Source: Eledone cirrhosa (taxonomy: Eukaryota). From it: a stretch of DNA of 64,000 bases. The first letter of the stretch is position 1. Each line of letters starts with the position of its first letter. The stretch is from positions 297,786,001 through 297,850,000 of the forward strand of contig OZ024743.1 in assembly GCA_964016885.1 (NCBI GenBank). The letters are read 5' to 3'. Position numbers and translations under genes: made by a program. Below are positions 26,520-41,097 of the stretch, piece after piece. The notes beneath the pieces are model-generated. The model worked only from the letters and a program-made list of their open reading frames with translations. It did not search any database and was not told the DNA's origin.

Positions 26520-27974
26520 AAAGACCTTCATTTTGAAGTAGATGTATCAAAATGTTTTTAAATTCATTTTATTTTCACTATATATCTTGCGTATTAGATA
26601 GTTATGTATATATAATTTTGCATTTATTAAAACAATATACATTCTATAGAGAGTTTACTTCATATATTTAACTGATACTTCAAGTTCTGTTATAAATACT
26701 GCTATCTAAAACAAATAAAAATCACATCTTTTCTTCTGCTATTGCTACTTGTTCTCATTCACCATATATCGTAGATGAGATAGAGATTCATACATACACT
26801 ACAAACTATCATACTAATCACCATAAATAACCTTATTATTGATAATCTAATAGAAAATCATAGTAAAATAAAACAAGTTAATTGAAATCTACTGTGTTTT
26901 ATTGAGTAATTGAAATATCAAACAATGATAGTTCGATTAAAATCAAATAAATAAAATAGAAAATACATTATTGTAATTTTCGAAGAAAAACGGTTCGCAA
27001 TCACGTCGAAACTTCCCAATAAGCGATGAAATGTAATTACAATTAGTAGCCTACCTTTTCCTGTTCTTATAAAAAGACACATTTGAATCCCCATACAATT
27101 CAAAAGGGAATATTTACAAAATTAGATGGAATCATGATGGCAGAATTTCCCTTAGATGCACGTAAAAGACGTGATAATAGAAATATTTCAAACCGAGCCG
27201 TCTTTAAAATATGGTGAGTATATTACTCCAGGCATCATTTGTATTACAGTAATACTACCATTGACAAAATTAACTTGTGTTAATAAAAGGTAACATTTTC
27301 ACAATGAACGTTACATTTGTAAAACTTCTCTACTCAAATGCTTTCCTATGACGTTACAACATATATATTTTTATATTTAGATTGGACAAATTAGTTTAGC
27401 AGTTCTCACTTTAGTCAAGAAATGAGAACATTGCTAAAGAAGGAAATAAGCTGATATAGTAAGGTAGTGTTTAAGATAGTGTGTAAATAGTGTTGAAATC
27501 GAATGAAGAGGACATTTGGTTAAACACTGAATGTGACTAATAATGGATTGAAATGCTCCAATTTTTACTTTCAGATCTCTAGCATTCCTGTACTTTCCAG
27601 TTCTATTTCTTGATAAATCAAATGGTCTATTTTATTTTTAACATAGCAAGAAAGAGTTTCAATCTTGTAGTTTCGTTATTGTTTCTTTATATTTGTGAGA
27701 TCATATCTAACAATGTATACAAAATATCTCTGAATATACTTTTAAAAGAATATATTGCATACATGAGTTCATGATGATTAGATGTAGTCATTGACGAGAG
27801 GAAAGAAGCGCTGAGAGTGAGAGAAACTGGAAAACACGCAAAACCAAAGATATTGTTAGACAAATTATTGCCTTTTCAAATGAAAAATAATGAGAATAAA
27901 AGAATCGAGCGTGTAAGGAATTGAAGATTAAATAAGACTTACTAGACTAAACTTAGATATTATGGCAAAAACTG

Positions 27975-28056
27975 CGACGAAGATGAGATTCAAACTCATG
28001 CGGCACGATCCCAATGGTTTAGCAGTGCATCGCCTAAACCACTCGGCGACCTCGTC
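27975..28056 (-). pseudogene. trnS-GCT: tRNA-Ser(GCT) probable pseudogene
   Basis: C56T, G9C, two stem mismatches. Confidence 0.8.
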
Positions 28057-28529
28057 AATTTTGATGAGAAAAGTGGAACTCTTCACATAGAAAACTGAAG
28101 TTTGAAATAAACGTTTATGAATATAATCGCTTGAAAGTTGATAATTTGGTGATAGAAGAATGTCAGCATTCTTATTCTATGATAGTATGGGAGAACGAAA
28201 GATTACCAACTATTTTAAAGTATGAAAGGAAATAATCACTAAAATTGTTTTAAGTTATTTTATGGTTGTGTTTAAGAAACCTAAGACTGGTTTTAAGGGA
28301 AGACAGATTGGAATTAAGATTTCCCCCAGACCAACATCGAATGATAACATCTTTTCTATGCTATTACAACTTACATGATTTCCAGTGAAATTGAATTAAA
28401 TATCCAAATGTTAGTTAATTTTCCGGACAAAATGTTGTCATCGACACGGAAGAATTAGAGTGACATTCAACGATAATATTGTCTAAAACATACATACACT
28501 AATTTAAATTGACAACCATTGACTAAACT

Positions 28530-28602
28530 GGGCTTGTGGCGCAATGGATAACGCGCCTGACTACGGATCAGGAGATTCCAGGTTCGACTCCTGGCAAGCT
28601 CG
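28530..28602 (+). tRNA. trnR-ACG: tRNA-Arg(ACG)
   Basis: Consensus cloverleaf. Confidence 0.94.
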
Positions 28603-30056
28603 AAAGACCTTCATTTTGAAGTAGATGTATCAAAATGTTTTTAAATTCATTTTATTTTCACTATATATGTTGCGTATTAGATAGTTATGTATATATAATT
28701 TTGCATTTATTAAAACAATATACATTCTATAGAGAGTTTACTTCATATATTTAACTGATACTTCAAGTTCTGTTATAAATACTGCTATCTAAAACAAATA
28801 AAAATCACATCTTTTCTTCTGCTATTGCTACTTGTTCTCATTCACCATATATCGTAGATGAGATAGAGATTCATACATACACTACAAACTATCATACTAA
28901 TCACCATAAATAACCTTATTATTGATAATCTAATAGAAAATCATAGTAAAATAAAACAAGTTAATTGAAATCTACTGTGTTTTATTGAGTAATTGAAATA
29001 TCAAACAATGATAGTTCGATTAAAATCAAATAAATAAAATAGAAAATACATTATTGTAATTTTCGAAGAAAAACGGTTCGCAATCACGTCGAAACTTCCC
29101 AATAAGCGATGAAATGTAATTACAATTAGTAGCCTACCTTTTCCTGTTCTTATAAAAAGACACATTTGAATCCCCATACAATTCAAAAGGGAATATTTAC
29201 AAAATTAGATGGAATCATGATGGCAGACTTTCCCTTAGATGCACGTAAAAGACGTGATAATAGAAATATTTCAAACCGAGCCGTCTTTAAAATATGGTGA
29301 GTATATTACTCCAGGCATCATTTGTATTACAGTAATACTACCATTGACAAAATTAACTTGTGTTAATAAAAGGTAACATTTTCACAATGAACGTTACATT
29401 TGTAAAACCTCTCTACTCAAATGCTTTCCTGTGACGTTACAACATATATATTTTTATATTTAGATTGGACAAATTAGTTTAGCATTTCTCACTTTAGTCA
29501 AGAAATGAGAACATCGCTAAAGAAGGAAATAAGCTGATATAGTAAGGTAGTGTTTAAGATAGTGTGTAAATAGTGTTGAAATCGAATGAAGAGGACATTT
29601 GGTTAAACACTGAATGTGACTAATAATGGATTGAAATGCTCCAATTTTTACTTTCAGATCTCTAGCATTCCTGTACTTTCCATTTCTATTTCTTGATAAT
29701 CAAATGGTCTATTTTATTTTTAACATAGCAAGAAAGAGTTTCAATCTTGTAGTTTCGTTATTGTTTCTTTATATTTGTGAGATCATATTTAACAATGTAT
29801 ACAAAATATCTCTGAATATACTTTTAAAAGAATATATTGCATAGATGAGTTCATGATAATTAGATGTAGTCATTGACGAGAGGAAAGAAGCGCTGAGAGT
29901 GAGAGAAACTGGAAAACACGCAAAACCAAAGATATTGTTAGACAAATTATTGCCTTTTCAAATGAAAAATAATGAGAATAAAAGAATCGAGCGTGTAAGG
30001 AATTGAAGATTAAATAACACTTACTAGACTAAACTTAAATATTATGGCAAAAACTG

Positions 30057-30138
30057 CGACGAAGATGAGATTCAAACTCATGCGGCACGATCCCAATGGA
30101 TTAGCAGTCCATCGCCTAAACCACTCGGCCACCTCGTC
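30057..30138 (-). tRNA. trnS-GCT: tRNA-Ser(GCT), anticodon stem intact, C56T
   Basis: ATGGA/TCCAT paired; T-loop still TTTGAAT. Confidence 0.8.
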
Positions 30139-30611
30139 AATTTTGATAAGAAAAGTGGAACTCTTCACATAGAAAACTGAAGTTTGAAATAAACGTTTAT
30201 GAATATAATCGCTTGAAAGTTGATAATTTGGTGATAGAAGAATGTCAGCATTCTTATTCTATGATAGTATGGGAGAACGAAAGATTACCAACTATTTTAA
30301 AGTATGAAAGGAAATAATCACTAAAATTGTTTTAAGTTATTTTATGGTTGTGTTTAAGAAACCTAAGACTGGTTTTAAGGGAAGACAGATTGGAATTAAG
30401 ATTTCCCCCAGACCAACATCGAATGATAACATCTTTTCTATGCTATTACAATTTACATGATTTCCAGTGAAATTGAATTAAATATCCAAATGTTAGTTAA
30501 TTTTCCGGACAAAATGTTGTCATCGACACGGAAGAATTAGAGTGACATTGAACGATAATATTGTCTAAAACATACATACACTAATTTAAATTGACAACCA
30601 TTGACTGAACT

Positions 30612-30684
30612 GGGCTTGTGGCGCAATGGATAACGCGCCTGACTACGGATCAGGAGATTCCAGGTTCGACTCCTGACAAGCTCG
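30612..30684 (+). tRNA. trnR-ACG: tRNA-Arg(ACG) variant
   Basis: G65A T-stem mismatch; first terminator shortened to TTT. Confidence 0.82.
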
Positions 30685-32139
30685 AAAGACCTTCAATTTG
30701 AAGTAGATGTATCAAAATGTTTTTAAATTCATTTTATTTTCACTATATATCTTGCGTATTAGATAGTTATGTATATATAATTTTGCATTTATTAAAACAA
30801 TATACATTCTATAGAGAGTTTACTTCATATATTTAACTGATACTTCAAGTTCTGTTATAAATACTGCTATCTAAAACAAATAAAAATCACATCTTTTCTT
30901 CTGCTATTGCTACTTGTTCTCATTCCCCATATATCGTAGATGAGATAGAGATTCATACATACACTACAAACTATCATACTAATCACCATAAATAACCTTA
31001 TTATTGATAATCTAATAGAAAATCATAGTAAAATAAAACAAGGTAATTGAAATCTACTGTGTTTTATTGAGTAATTGAAATATCAAACAATGATAGTTCG
31101 ATTAAAATCAAATAAATAAAATAGAAAATACATTATTGTAATTTTCGAAGAAAAACGGTTCGCAATCACGTCGAAACTTCCCAATAAGCGATGAAATGTA
31201 ATTACAATTAGTAGCCTACCTTTTCCTGTTCTTATAAAAAGACACATTTGAATCCCCATACAATTCAAAAGGGAATATTTACAAAATTAGATGGAATCAT
31301 GATGGCAGAATTTCCCTTAGATGCACGTAAAAGACGTGATAATAGAAATATTTCAAACCGAGCCGTCTTTAAAATATGGTGGGTATATTATTCCAGGCAT
31401 CATTTGTATTACAGTAATACTACCATTGACAAAATTAACTTGTGTTAATAAAAGGTAACATTTTTACAATGAACGTTACATTTGTAAAACCTCTCTACTC
31501 AAATGCTTTCCTATGACGTTACAACATATATATTTTTATATTTAGATTGGACAAATTAGTTTAGCAGTTCTCACTTTAGTCAAGAAATGAGAACATTGCT
31601 AAAGAAGGAAATAAGCTGATATAGTAAGGTAGTGTTTAAGATAGTGTGTAAATAGTGTTGAAATCGAATGAAGAGGACATTTGGTTAAACACTGAATGTG
31701 ACTAATAATGGATTGAAATGCTCCAATTTTTACTTTCAGATCTCTAGCATTCCTGTACTTTCCAGTTCTATTTCTTGATAAATCAAATGGTCTATTTTAT
31801 TTTTAACATAGCAAGAAAGAGTTTCAATCTTGTAGTTTCGTTATTGTTTCTTTATATTTGTGAGATCATATCTAACAATGTATACAAAATATCTCTGAAT
31901 ATACTTTTAAAAGAATATATTGCATACATGAGTTCATGATGATTAGATGTAGTCATTGACGAGAGGAAAGAAGCGCTGAGAGTGAGAGAAACTGGAAAAC
32001 ACGCAAAACCAAAGATATTGTTAGACAAATTATTGCCTTTTCAAATGAAAAATAATGAGAATAAAAGAATCGAGCGTGTAAGGAATTGAAGATTAAATAA
32101 GACTTACTAGACTAAACTTAGATATTATGGCAAAAACTG

Positions 32140-32221
32140 CGACGAAGATGAGATTCAAACTCATGCGGCACGATCCCAATGGTTTAGCAGTGCATCGCCT
32201 AAACCACTCGGCGACCTCGTC
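32140..32221 (-). pseudogene. trnS-GCT: tRNA-Ser(GCT) probable pseudogene
   Basis: C56T, G9C, two stem mismatches. Confidence 0.8.
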
Positions 32222-32694
32222 AATTTTGATGAGAAAAGTGGAACTCTTCACATAGAAAACTGAAGTTTGAAATAAACGTTTATGAATATAATCGCTTGAA
32301 AGTTGATAATTTGGTGACAGAAGAATGTCAGCATTCTTATTCTATGATAGTATGGGAGAACGAAAGATTACCAACTATTTTAAAGTATGAAAGGAAATAA
32401 TCACTAAAATTGTTTTAAGTTATTTTATGGTTGTGTTTAAGAAACCTAAGACTGGTTTTAAGGGAAGACAGATTGGAATTAAGATTTCCCCCAGACCAAC
32501 ATCGAATGATAACATCTTTTCTATGCTATTACAACTTACATGATTTCCAGTGAAATTGAATTAAATATCCAAATGTTAGTTAATTTTCCGGACAAAATGT
32601 TGTCATCGACACGGAAGAATTAGAGTGACATTCAACGATAATATTGTCTAAAACATACATACACTAATTTAAATTGACAACCATTGACTAAACT

Positions 32695-32767
32695 GGGCTT
32701 GTGGCGCAATGGATAACGCGCCTGACTACGGATTAGGAGATTCCAGGTTCGACTCCTGGCAAGCTCG
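32695..32767 (+). tRNA. trnR-ACG: tRNA-Arg(ACG) variant
   Basis: C40T wobble in anticodon stem. Confidence 0.87.
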
Positions 32768-34221
32768 AAAGACCTTCATTTTGAAGTAGATGTATCAAAA
32801 TGTTTTTAAATTCATTTTATTTTCACTATATATGTTGCGTATTAGATAGTTATGTATATATAATTTTGCATTTATTAAAACAATATACATTCTATAGAGA
32901 GTTTACTTCATATATTTAACTGATACTTCAAGTTCTGTTATAAATACTGCTATCTAAAACAAATAAAAATCACATCTTTTCTTCTGCTATTGCTACTTGT
33001 TCTCATTCACCATATATCGTAGATGAGATAGAGATTCATACATACACTACAAACTATCATACTAATCACCATAAATAACCTTATTATTGATAATCTAATA
33101 GAAAATCATAGTAAAATAAAACAAGTTAATTGAAATCTACTGTGTTTTATTGAGTAATTGAAATATCAAACAATGATAGTTCGATTAAAATCAAATAAAT
33201 AAAATAGAAAATACATTATTGTAATTTTCGAAGAAAAACGGTTCGCAATCACGTCGAAACTTCCCAATAAGCGATGAAATGTAATTACAATTAGTAGCCT
33301 ACCTTTTCCTGTTCTTATAAAAAGACACATTTGAATCCCCATACAATTCAAAAGGGAATATTTACAAAATTAGATGGAATCATGATGGCAGACTTTCCCT
33401 TAGATGCACGTAAAAGACGTGATAATAGAAATATTTCAAACCGAGCCGTCTTTAAAATATGGTGAGTATATTACTCCAGGCATCATTTGTATTACAGTAA
33501 TACTACCATTGACAAAATTAACTTGTGTTAATAAAAGGTAACATTTTCACAATGAACGTTACATTTGTAAAACCTCTCTACTCAAATGCTTTCCTGTGAC
33601 GTTACAACATATATATTTTTATATTTAGATTGGACAAATTAGTTTAGCATTTCTCACTTTAGTCAAGAAATGAGAACATCGCTAAAGAAGGAAATAAGCT
33701 GATATAGTAAGGTAGTGTTTAAGATAGTGTGTAAATAGTGTTGAAATCGAATGAAGAGGACATTTGGTTAAACACTGAATGTGACTAATAATGGATTGAA
33801 ATGCTCCAATTTTTACTTTCAGATCTCTAGCATTCCTGTACTTTCCATTTCTATTTCTTGATAATCAAATGGTCTATTTTATTTTTAACATAGCAAGAAA
33901 GAGTTTCAATCTTGTAGTTTCGTTATTGTTTCTTTATATTTGTGAGATCATATTTAACAATGTATACAAAATATCTCTGAATATACTTTTAAAAGAATAT
34001 ATTGCATAGATGAGTTCATGATAATTAGATGTAGTCATTGACGAGAGGAAAGAAGCGCTGAGAGTGAGAGAAACTGGAAAACACGCAAAACCAAAGATAT
34101 TGTTAGACAAATTATTGCCTTTTCAAATGAAAAATAATGAGAATAAAAGAATCGAGCGTGTAAGGAATTGAAGATTAAATAACACTTACTAGACTAAACT
34201 TAAATATTATGGCAAAAACTG

Positions 34222-34303
34222 CGACGAAGATGAGATTCAAACTCATGCGGCACGATCCCAATGGATTAGCAGTCCATCGCCTAAACCACTCGGCCACCTC
34301 GTC
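34222..34303 (-). tRNA. trnS-GCT: tRNA-Ser(GCT), anticodon stem intact, C56T
   Basis: As copy at 30057. Confidence 0.8.
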
Positions 34304-34776
34304 AATTTTGATAAGAAAAGTGGAACTCTTCACATAGAAAACTGAAGTTTGAAATAAACGTTTATGAATATAATCGCTTGAAAGTTGATAATTTGGTGAT
34401 AGAAGAATGTCAGCATTCTTATTCTATGATAGTATGGGAGAACGAAAGATTACCAACTATTTTAAAGTATGAAAGGAAATAATCACTAAAATTGTTTTAA
34501 GTTATTTTATGGTTGTGTTTAAGAAACCTAAGACTGGTTTTAAGGGAAGACAGATTGGAATTAAGATTTCCCCCAGACCAACATCGAATGATAACATCTT
34601 TTCTATGCTATTACAATTTACATGATTTCCAGTGAAATTGAATTAAATATCCAAATGTTAGTTAATTTTCCGGACAAAATGTTGTCATCGACACGGAAGA
34701 ATTAGAGTGACATTGAACGATAATATTGTCTAAAACATACATACACTAATTTAAATTGACAACCATTGACTGAACT

Positions 34777-34849
34777 GGGCTTGTGGCGCAATGGATAACG
34801 CGCCTGACTACGGATCAGGAGATTCCAGGTTCGACTCCTGACAAGCTCG
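34777..34849 (+). tRNA. trnR-ACG: tRNA-Arg(ACG) variant
   Basis: G65A; terminator TTT. Confidence 0.82.
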
Positions 34850-36304
34850 AAAGACCTTCAATTTGAAGTAGATGTATCAAAATGTTTTTAAATTCATTTT
34901 ATTTTCACTATATATCTTGCGTATTAGATAGTTATGTATATATAATTTTGCATTTATTAAAACAATATACATTCTATAGAGAGTTTACTTCATATATTTA
35001 ACTGATACTTCAAGTTCTGTTATAAATACTGCTATCTAAAACAAATAAAAATCACATCTTTTCTTCTGCTATTGCTACTTGTTCTCATTCCCCATATATC
35101 GTAGATGAGATAGAGATTCATACATACACTACAAACTATCATACTAATCACCATAAATAACCTTATTATTGATAATCTAATAGAAAATCATAGTAAAATA
35201 AAACAAGGTAATTGAAATCTACTGTGTTTTATTGAGTAATTGAAATATCAAACAATGATAGTTCGATTAAAATCAAATAAATAAAATAGAAAATACATTA
35301 TTGTAATTTTCGAAGAAAAACGGTTCGCAATCACGTCGAAACTTCCCAATAAGCGATGAAATGTAATTACAATTAGTAGCCTACCTTTTCCTGTTCTTAT
35401 AAAAAGACACATTTGAATCCCCATACAATTCAAAAGGGAATATTTACAAAATTAGATGGAATCATGATGGCAGAATTTCCCTTAGATGCACGTAAAAGAC
35501 GTGATAATAGAAATATTTCAAACCGAGCCGTCTTTAAAATATGGTGGGTATATTATTCCAGGCATCATTTGTATTACAGTAATACTACCATTGACAAAAT
35601 TAACTTGTGTTAATAAAAGGTAACATTTTTACAATGAACGTTACATTTGTAAAACCTCTCTACTCAAATGCTTTCCTATGACGTTACAACATATATATTT
35701 TTATATTTAGATTGGACAAATTAGTTTAGCAGTTCTCACTTTAGTCAAGAAATGAGAACATTGCTAAAGAAGGAAATAAGCTGATATAGTAAGGTAGTGT
35801 TTAAGATAGTGTGTAAATAGTGTTGAAATCGAATGAAGAGGACATTTGGTTAAACACTGAATGTGACTAATAATGGATTGAAATGCTCCAATTTTTACTT
35901 TCAGATCTCTAGCATTCCTGTACTTTCCAGTTCTATTTCTTGATAAATCAAATGGTCTATTTTATTTTTAACATAGCAAGAAAGAGTTTCAATCTTGTAG
36001 TTTCGTTATTGTTTCTTTATATTTGTGAGATCATATCTAACAATGTATACAAAATATCTCTGAATATACTTTTAAAAGAATATATTGCATACATGAGTTC
36101 ATGATGATTAGATGTAGTCATTGACGAGAGGAAAGAAGCGCTGAGAGTGAGAGAAACTGGAAAACACGCAAAACCAAAGATATTGTTAGACAAATTATTG
36201 CCTTTTCAAATGAAAAATAATGAGAATAAAAGAATCGAGCGTGTAAGGAATTGAAGATTAAATAAGACTTACTAGACTAAACTTAGATATTATGGCAAAA
36301 ACTG

Positions 36305-36386
36305 CGACGAAGATGAGATTCAAACTCATGCGGCACGATCCCAATGGTTTAGCAGTGCATCGCCTAAACCACTCGGCGACCTCGTC
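36305..36386 (-). pseudogene. trnS-GCT: tRNA-Ser(GCT) probable pseudogene
   Basis: C56T, G9C, two stem mismatches. Confidence 0.8.
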
Positions 36387-36859
36387 AATTTTGATGAGAA
36401 AAGTGGAACTCTTCACATAGAAAACTGAAGTTTGAAATAAACGTTTATGAATATAATCGCTTGAAAGTTGATAATTTGGTGACAGAAGAATGTCAGCATT
36501 CTTATTCTATGATAGTATGGGAGAACGAAAGATTACCAACTATTTTAAAGTATGAAAGGAAATAATCACTAAAATTGTTTTAAGTTATTTTATGGTTGTG
36601 TTTAAGAAACCTAAGACTGGTTTTAAGGGAAGACAGATTGGAATTAAGATTTCCCCCAGACCAACATCGAATGATAACATCTTTTCTATGCTATTACAAC
36701 TTACATGATTTCCAGTGAAATTGAATTAAATATCCAAATGTTAGTTAATTTTCCGGACAAAATGTTGTCATCGACACGGAAGAATTAGAGTGACATTCAA
36801 CGATAATATTGTCTAAAACATACATACACTAATTTAAATTGACAACCATTGACTAAACT

Positions 36860-36932
36860 GGGCTTGTGGCGCAATGGATAACGCGCCTGACTACGGATTA
36901 GGAGATTCCAGGTTCGACTCCTGGCAAGCTCG
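36860..36932 (+). tRNA. trnR-ACG: tRNA-Arg(ACG) variant
   Basis: C40T wobble. Confidence 0.87.
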
Positions 36933-38386
36933 AAAGACCTTCATTTTGAAGTAGATGTATCAAAATGTTTTTAAATTCATTTTATTTTCACTATATATGT
37001 TGCGTATTAGATAGTTATGTATATATAATTTTGCATTTATTAAAACAATATACATTCTATAGAGAGTTTACTTCATATATTTAACTGATACTTCAAGTTC
37101 TGTTATAAATACTGCTATCTAAAACAAATAAAAATCACATCTTTTCTTCTGCTATTGCTACTTGTTCTCATTCACCATATATCGTAGATGAGATAGAGAT
37201 TCATACATACACTACAAACTATCATACTAATCACCATAAATAACCTTATTATTGATAATCTAATAGAAAATCATAGTAAAATAAAACAAGTTAATTGAAA
37301 TCTACTGTGTTTTATTGAGTAATTGAAATATCAAACAATGATAGTTCGATTAAAATCAAATAAATAAAATAGAAAATACATTATTGTAATTTTCGAAGAA
37401 AAACGGTTCGCAATCACGTCGAAACTTCCCAATAAGCGATGAAATGTAATTACAATTAGTAGCCTACCTTTTCCTGTTCTTATAAAAAGACACATTTGAA
37501 TCCCCATACAATTCAAAAGGGAATATTTACAAAATTAGATGGAATCATGATGGCAGACTTTCCCTTAGATGCACGTAAAAGACGTGATAATAGAAATATT
37601 TCAAACCGAGCCGTCTTTAAAATATGGTGAGTATATTACTCCAGGCATCATTTGTATTACAGTAATACTACCATTGACAAAATTAACTTGTGTTAATAAA
37701 AGGTAACATTTTCACAATGAACGTTACATTTGTAAAACCTCTCTACTCAAATGCTTTCCTGTGACGTTACAACATATATATTTTTATATTTAGATTGGAC
37801 AAATTAGTTTAGCATTTCTCACTTTAGTCAAGAAATGAGAACATCGCTAAAGAAGGAAATAAGCTGATATAGTAAGGTAGTGTTTAAGATAGTGTGTAAA
37901 TAGTGTTGAAATCGAATGAAGAGGACATTTGGTTAAACACTGAATGTGACTAATAATGGATTGAAATGCTCCAATTTTTACTTTCAGATCTCTAGCATTC
38001 CTGTACTTTCCATTTCTATTTCTTGATAATCAAATGGTCTATTTTATTTTTAACATAGCAAGAAAGAGTTTCAATCTTGTAGTTTCGTTATTGTTTCTTT
38101 ATATTTGTGAGATCATATTTAACAATGTATACAAAATATCTCTGAATATACTTTTAAAAGAATATATTGCATAGATGAGTTCATGATAATTAGATGTAGT
38201 CATTGACGAGAGGAAAGAAGCGCTGAGAGTGAGAGAAACTGGAAAACACGCAAAACCAAAGATATTGTTAGACAAATTATTGCCTTTTCAAATGAAAAAT
38301 AATGAGAATAAAAGAATCGAGCGTGTAAGGAATTGAAGATTAAATAACACTTACTAGACTAAACTTAAATATTATGGCAAAAACTG

Positions 38387-38468
38387 CGACGAAGATGAGA
38401 TTCAAACTCATGCGGCACGATCCCAATGGATTAGCAGTCCATCGCCTAAACCACTCGGCCACCTCGTC
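38387..38468 (-). tRNA. trnS-GCT: tRNA-Ser(GCT), anticodon stem intact, C56T
   Basis: As copy at 30057. Confidence 0.8.
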
Positions 38469-38941
38469 AATTTTGATAAGAAAAGTGGAACTCTTCACAT
38501 AGAAAACTGAAGTTTGAAATAAACGTTTATGAATATAATCGCTTGAAAGTTGATAATTTGGTGATAGAAGAATGTCAGCATTCTTATTCTATGATAGTAT
38601 GGGAGAACGAAAGATTACCAACTATTTTAAAGTATGAAAGGAAATAATCACTAAAATTGTTTTAAGTTATTTTATGGTTGTGTTTAAGAAACCTAAGACT
38701 GGTTTTAAGGGAAGACAGATTGGAATTAAGATTTCCCCCAGACCAACATCGAATGATAACATCTTTTCTATGCTATTACAATTTACATGATTTCCAGTGA
38801 AATTGAATTAAATATCCAAATGTTAGTTAATTTTCCGGACAAAATGTTGTCATCGACACGGAAGAATTAGAGTGACATTGAACGATAATATTGTCTAAAA
38901 CATACATACACTAATTTAAATTGACAACCATTGACTGAACT

Positions 38942-39014
38942 GGGCTTGTGGCGCAATGGCTAACGCGCCTGACTACGGATCAGGAGATTCCAGGTTCGAC
39001 TCCTGACAAGCTCG
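38942..39014 (+). tRNA. trnR-ACG: tRNA-Arg(ACG) variant
   Basis: G65A plus D-loop A20C (A20 is an Arg identity element); terminator TTT. Confidence 0.75.
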
Positions 39015-40469
39015 AAAGACCTTCAATTTGAAGTAGATGTATCAAAATGTTTTTAAATTCATTTTATTTTCACTATATATCTTGCGTATTAGATAGTTAT
39101 GTATATATAATTTTGCATTTATTAAAACAATATACATTCTATAGAGAGTTTACTTCATATATTTAACTGATACTTCAAGTTCTGTTATAAATACTGCTAT
39201 CTAAAACAAATAAAAATCACATCTTTTCTTCTGCTATTGCTACTTGTTCTCATTCCCCATATATCGTAGATGAGATAGAGATTCATACATACACTACAAA
39301 CTATCATACTAATCACCATAAATAACCTTATTATTGATAATCTAATAGAAAATCATAGTAAAATAAAACAAGGTAATTGAAATCTACTGTGTTTTATTGA
39401 GTAATTGAAATATCAAACAATGATAGTTCGATTAAAATCAAATAAATAAAATAGAAAATACATTATTGTAATTTTCGAAGAAAAACGGTTCGCAATCACG
39501 TCGAAACTTCCCAATAAGCGATGAAATGTAATTACAATTAGTAGCCTACCTTTTCCTGTTCTTATAAAAAGACACATTTGAATCCCCATACAATTCAAAA
39601 GGGAATATTTACAAAATTAGATGGAATCATGATGGCAGAATTTCCCTTAGATGCACGTAAAAGACGTGATAATAGAAATATTTCAAACCGAGCCGTCTTT
39701 AAAATATGGTGGGTATATTATTCCAGGCATCATTTGTATTACAGTAATACTACCATTGACAAAATTAACTTGTGTTAATAAAAGGTAACATTTTTACAAT
39801 GAACGTTACATTTGTAAAACCTCTCTACTCAAATGCTTTCCTATGACGTTACAACATATATATTTTTATATTTAGATTGGACAAATTAGTTTAGCAGTTC
39901 TCACTTTAGTCAAGAAATGAGAACATTGCTAAAGAAGGAAATAAGCTGATATAGTAAGGTAGTGTTTAAGATAGTGTGTAAATAGTGTTGAAATCGAATG
40001 AAGAGGACATTTGGTTAAACACTGAATGTGACTAATAATGGATTGAAATGCTCCAATTTTTACTTTCAGATCTCTAGCATTCCTGTACTTTCCAGTTCTA
40101 TTTCTTGATAAATCAAATGGTCTATTTTATTTTTAACATAGCAAGAAAGAGTTTGAATCTTGTAGTTTCGTTATTGTTTCTTTATATTTGTGAGATCATA
40201 TCTAACAATGTATACAAAATATCTCTGAATATACTTTTAAAAGAATATATTGCATACATGAGTTCATGATAATTAGATGTAGTCATTGACGAGAGGAAAG
40301 AAGCGCTGAGAGTGAGAGAAACTGGAAAACACGCAAAACCAAAGATATTGTTAGACAAATTATTGCCTTTTCAAATGAAAAATAATGAGAATAAAAGAAT
40401 CGAGCGTGTAAGGAATTGAAGATTAAATAAGACTTACTAGACTAAACTTAAATATTATGGCAAAAACTG

Positions 40470-40551
40470 CGACGAAGATGAGATTCAAACTCATGCGGCA
40501 CGATCCCAATGGTTTAGCAGTGCATCGCCTAAACCACTCGGCGACCTCGTC
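40470..40551 (-). pseudogene. trnS-GCT: tRNA-Ser(GCT) probable pseudogene
   Basis: C56T, G9C, two stem mismatches. Confidence 0.8.
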
Positions 40552-41024
40552 AATTTTGATAAGAAAAGTGGAACTCTTCACATAGAAAACTGAAGTTTGA
40601 AATAAACGTTTATGAATATAATCGCTTGAAAGTTGATAATTTGGTGATAGAAGAATGTCAGCATTCTTATTCTATGATAGTATGGGAGAACGAAAGATTA
40701 CCAACTATTTTAAAGTATGAAAGGAAATAATCACTAAAATTGTTTTAAGTTATTTTATGGTTGTGTTTAAGAAACCTAAGACTGGTTTTAAGGGAAGACA
40801 GATTGGAATTAAGATTTCCCCCAGACCAACATCGAATGATAACATCTTTTCTATGCTATTACAATTTACATGATTTCCAGTGAAATTGAATTAAATATCC
40901 AAATGTTAGTTAATTTTCCGGACAAAATGTTGTCATCGACACGGAAGAATTAGAGTGACATTCAACGATAATATTGTCTAAAACATACATACACTAATTT
41001 AAATTGACAACCATTGACTAAACT

Positions 41025-41097
41025 GGGCTTGTGGCGCAATGGATAACGCGCCTGACTACGGATCAGGAGATTCCAGGTTCGACTCCTGGCAAGCTCG
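41025..41097 (+). tRNA. trnR-ACG: tRNA-Arg(ACG)
   Basis: Consensus cloverleaf. Confidence 0.94.
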
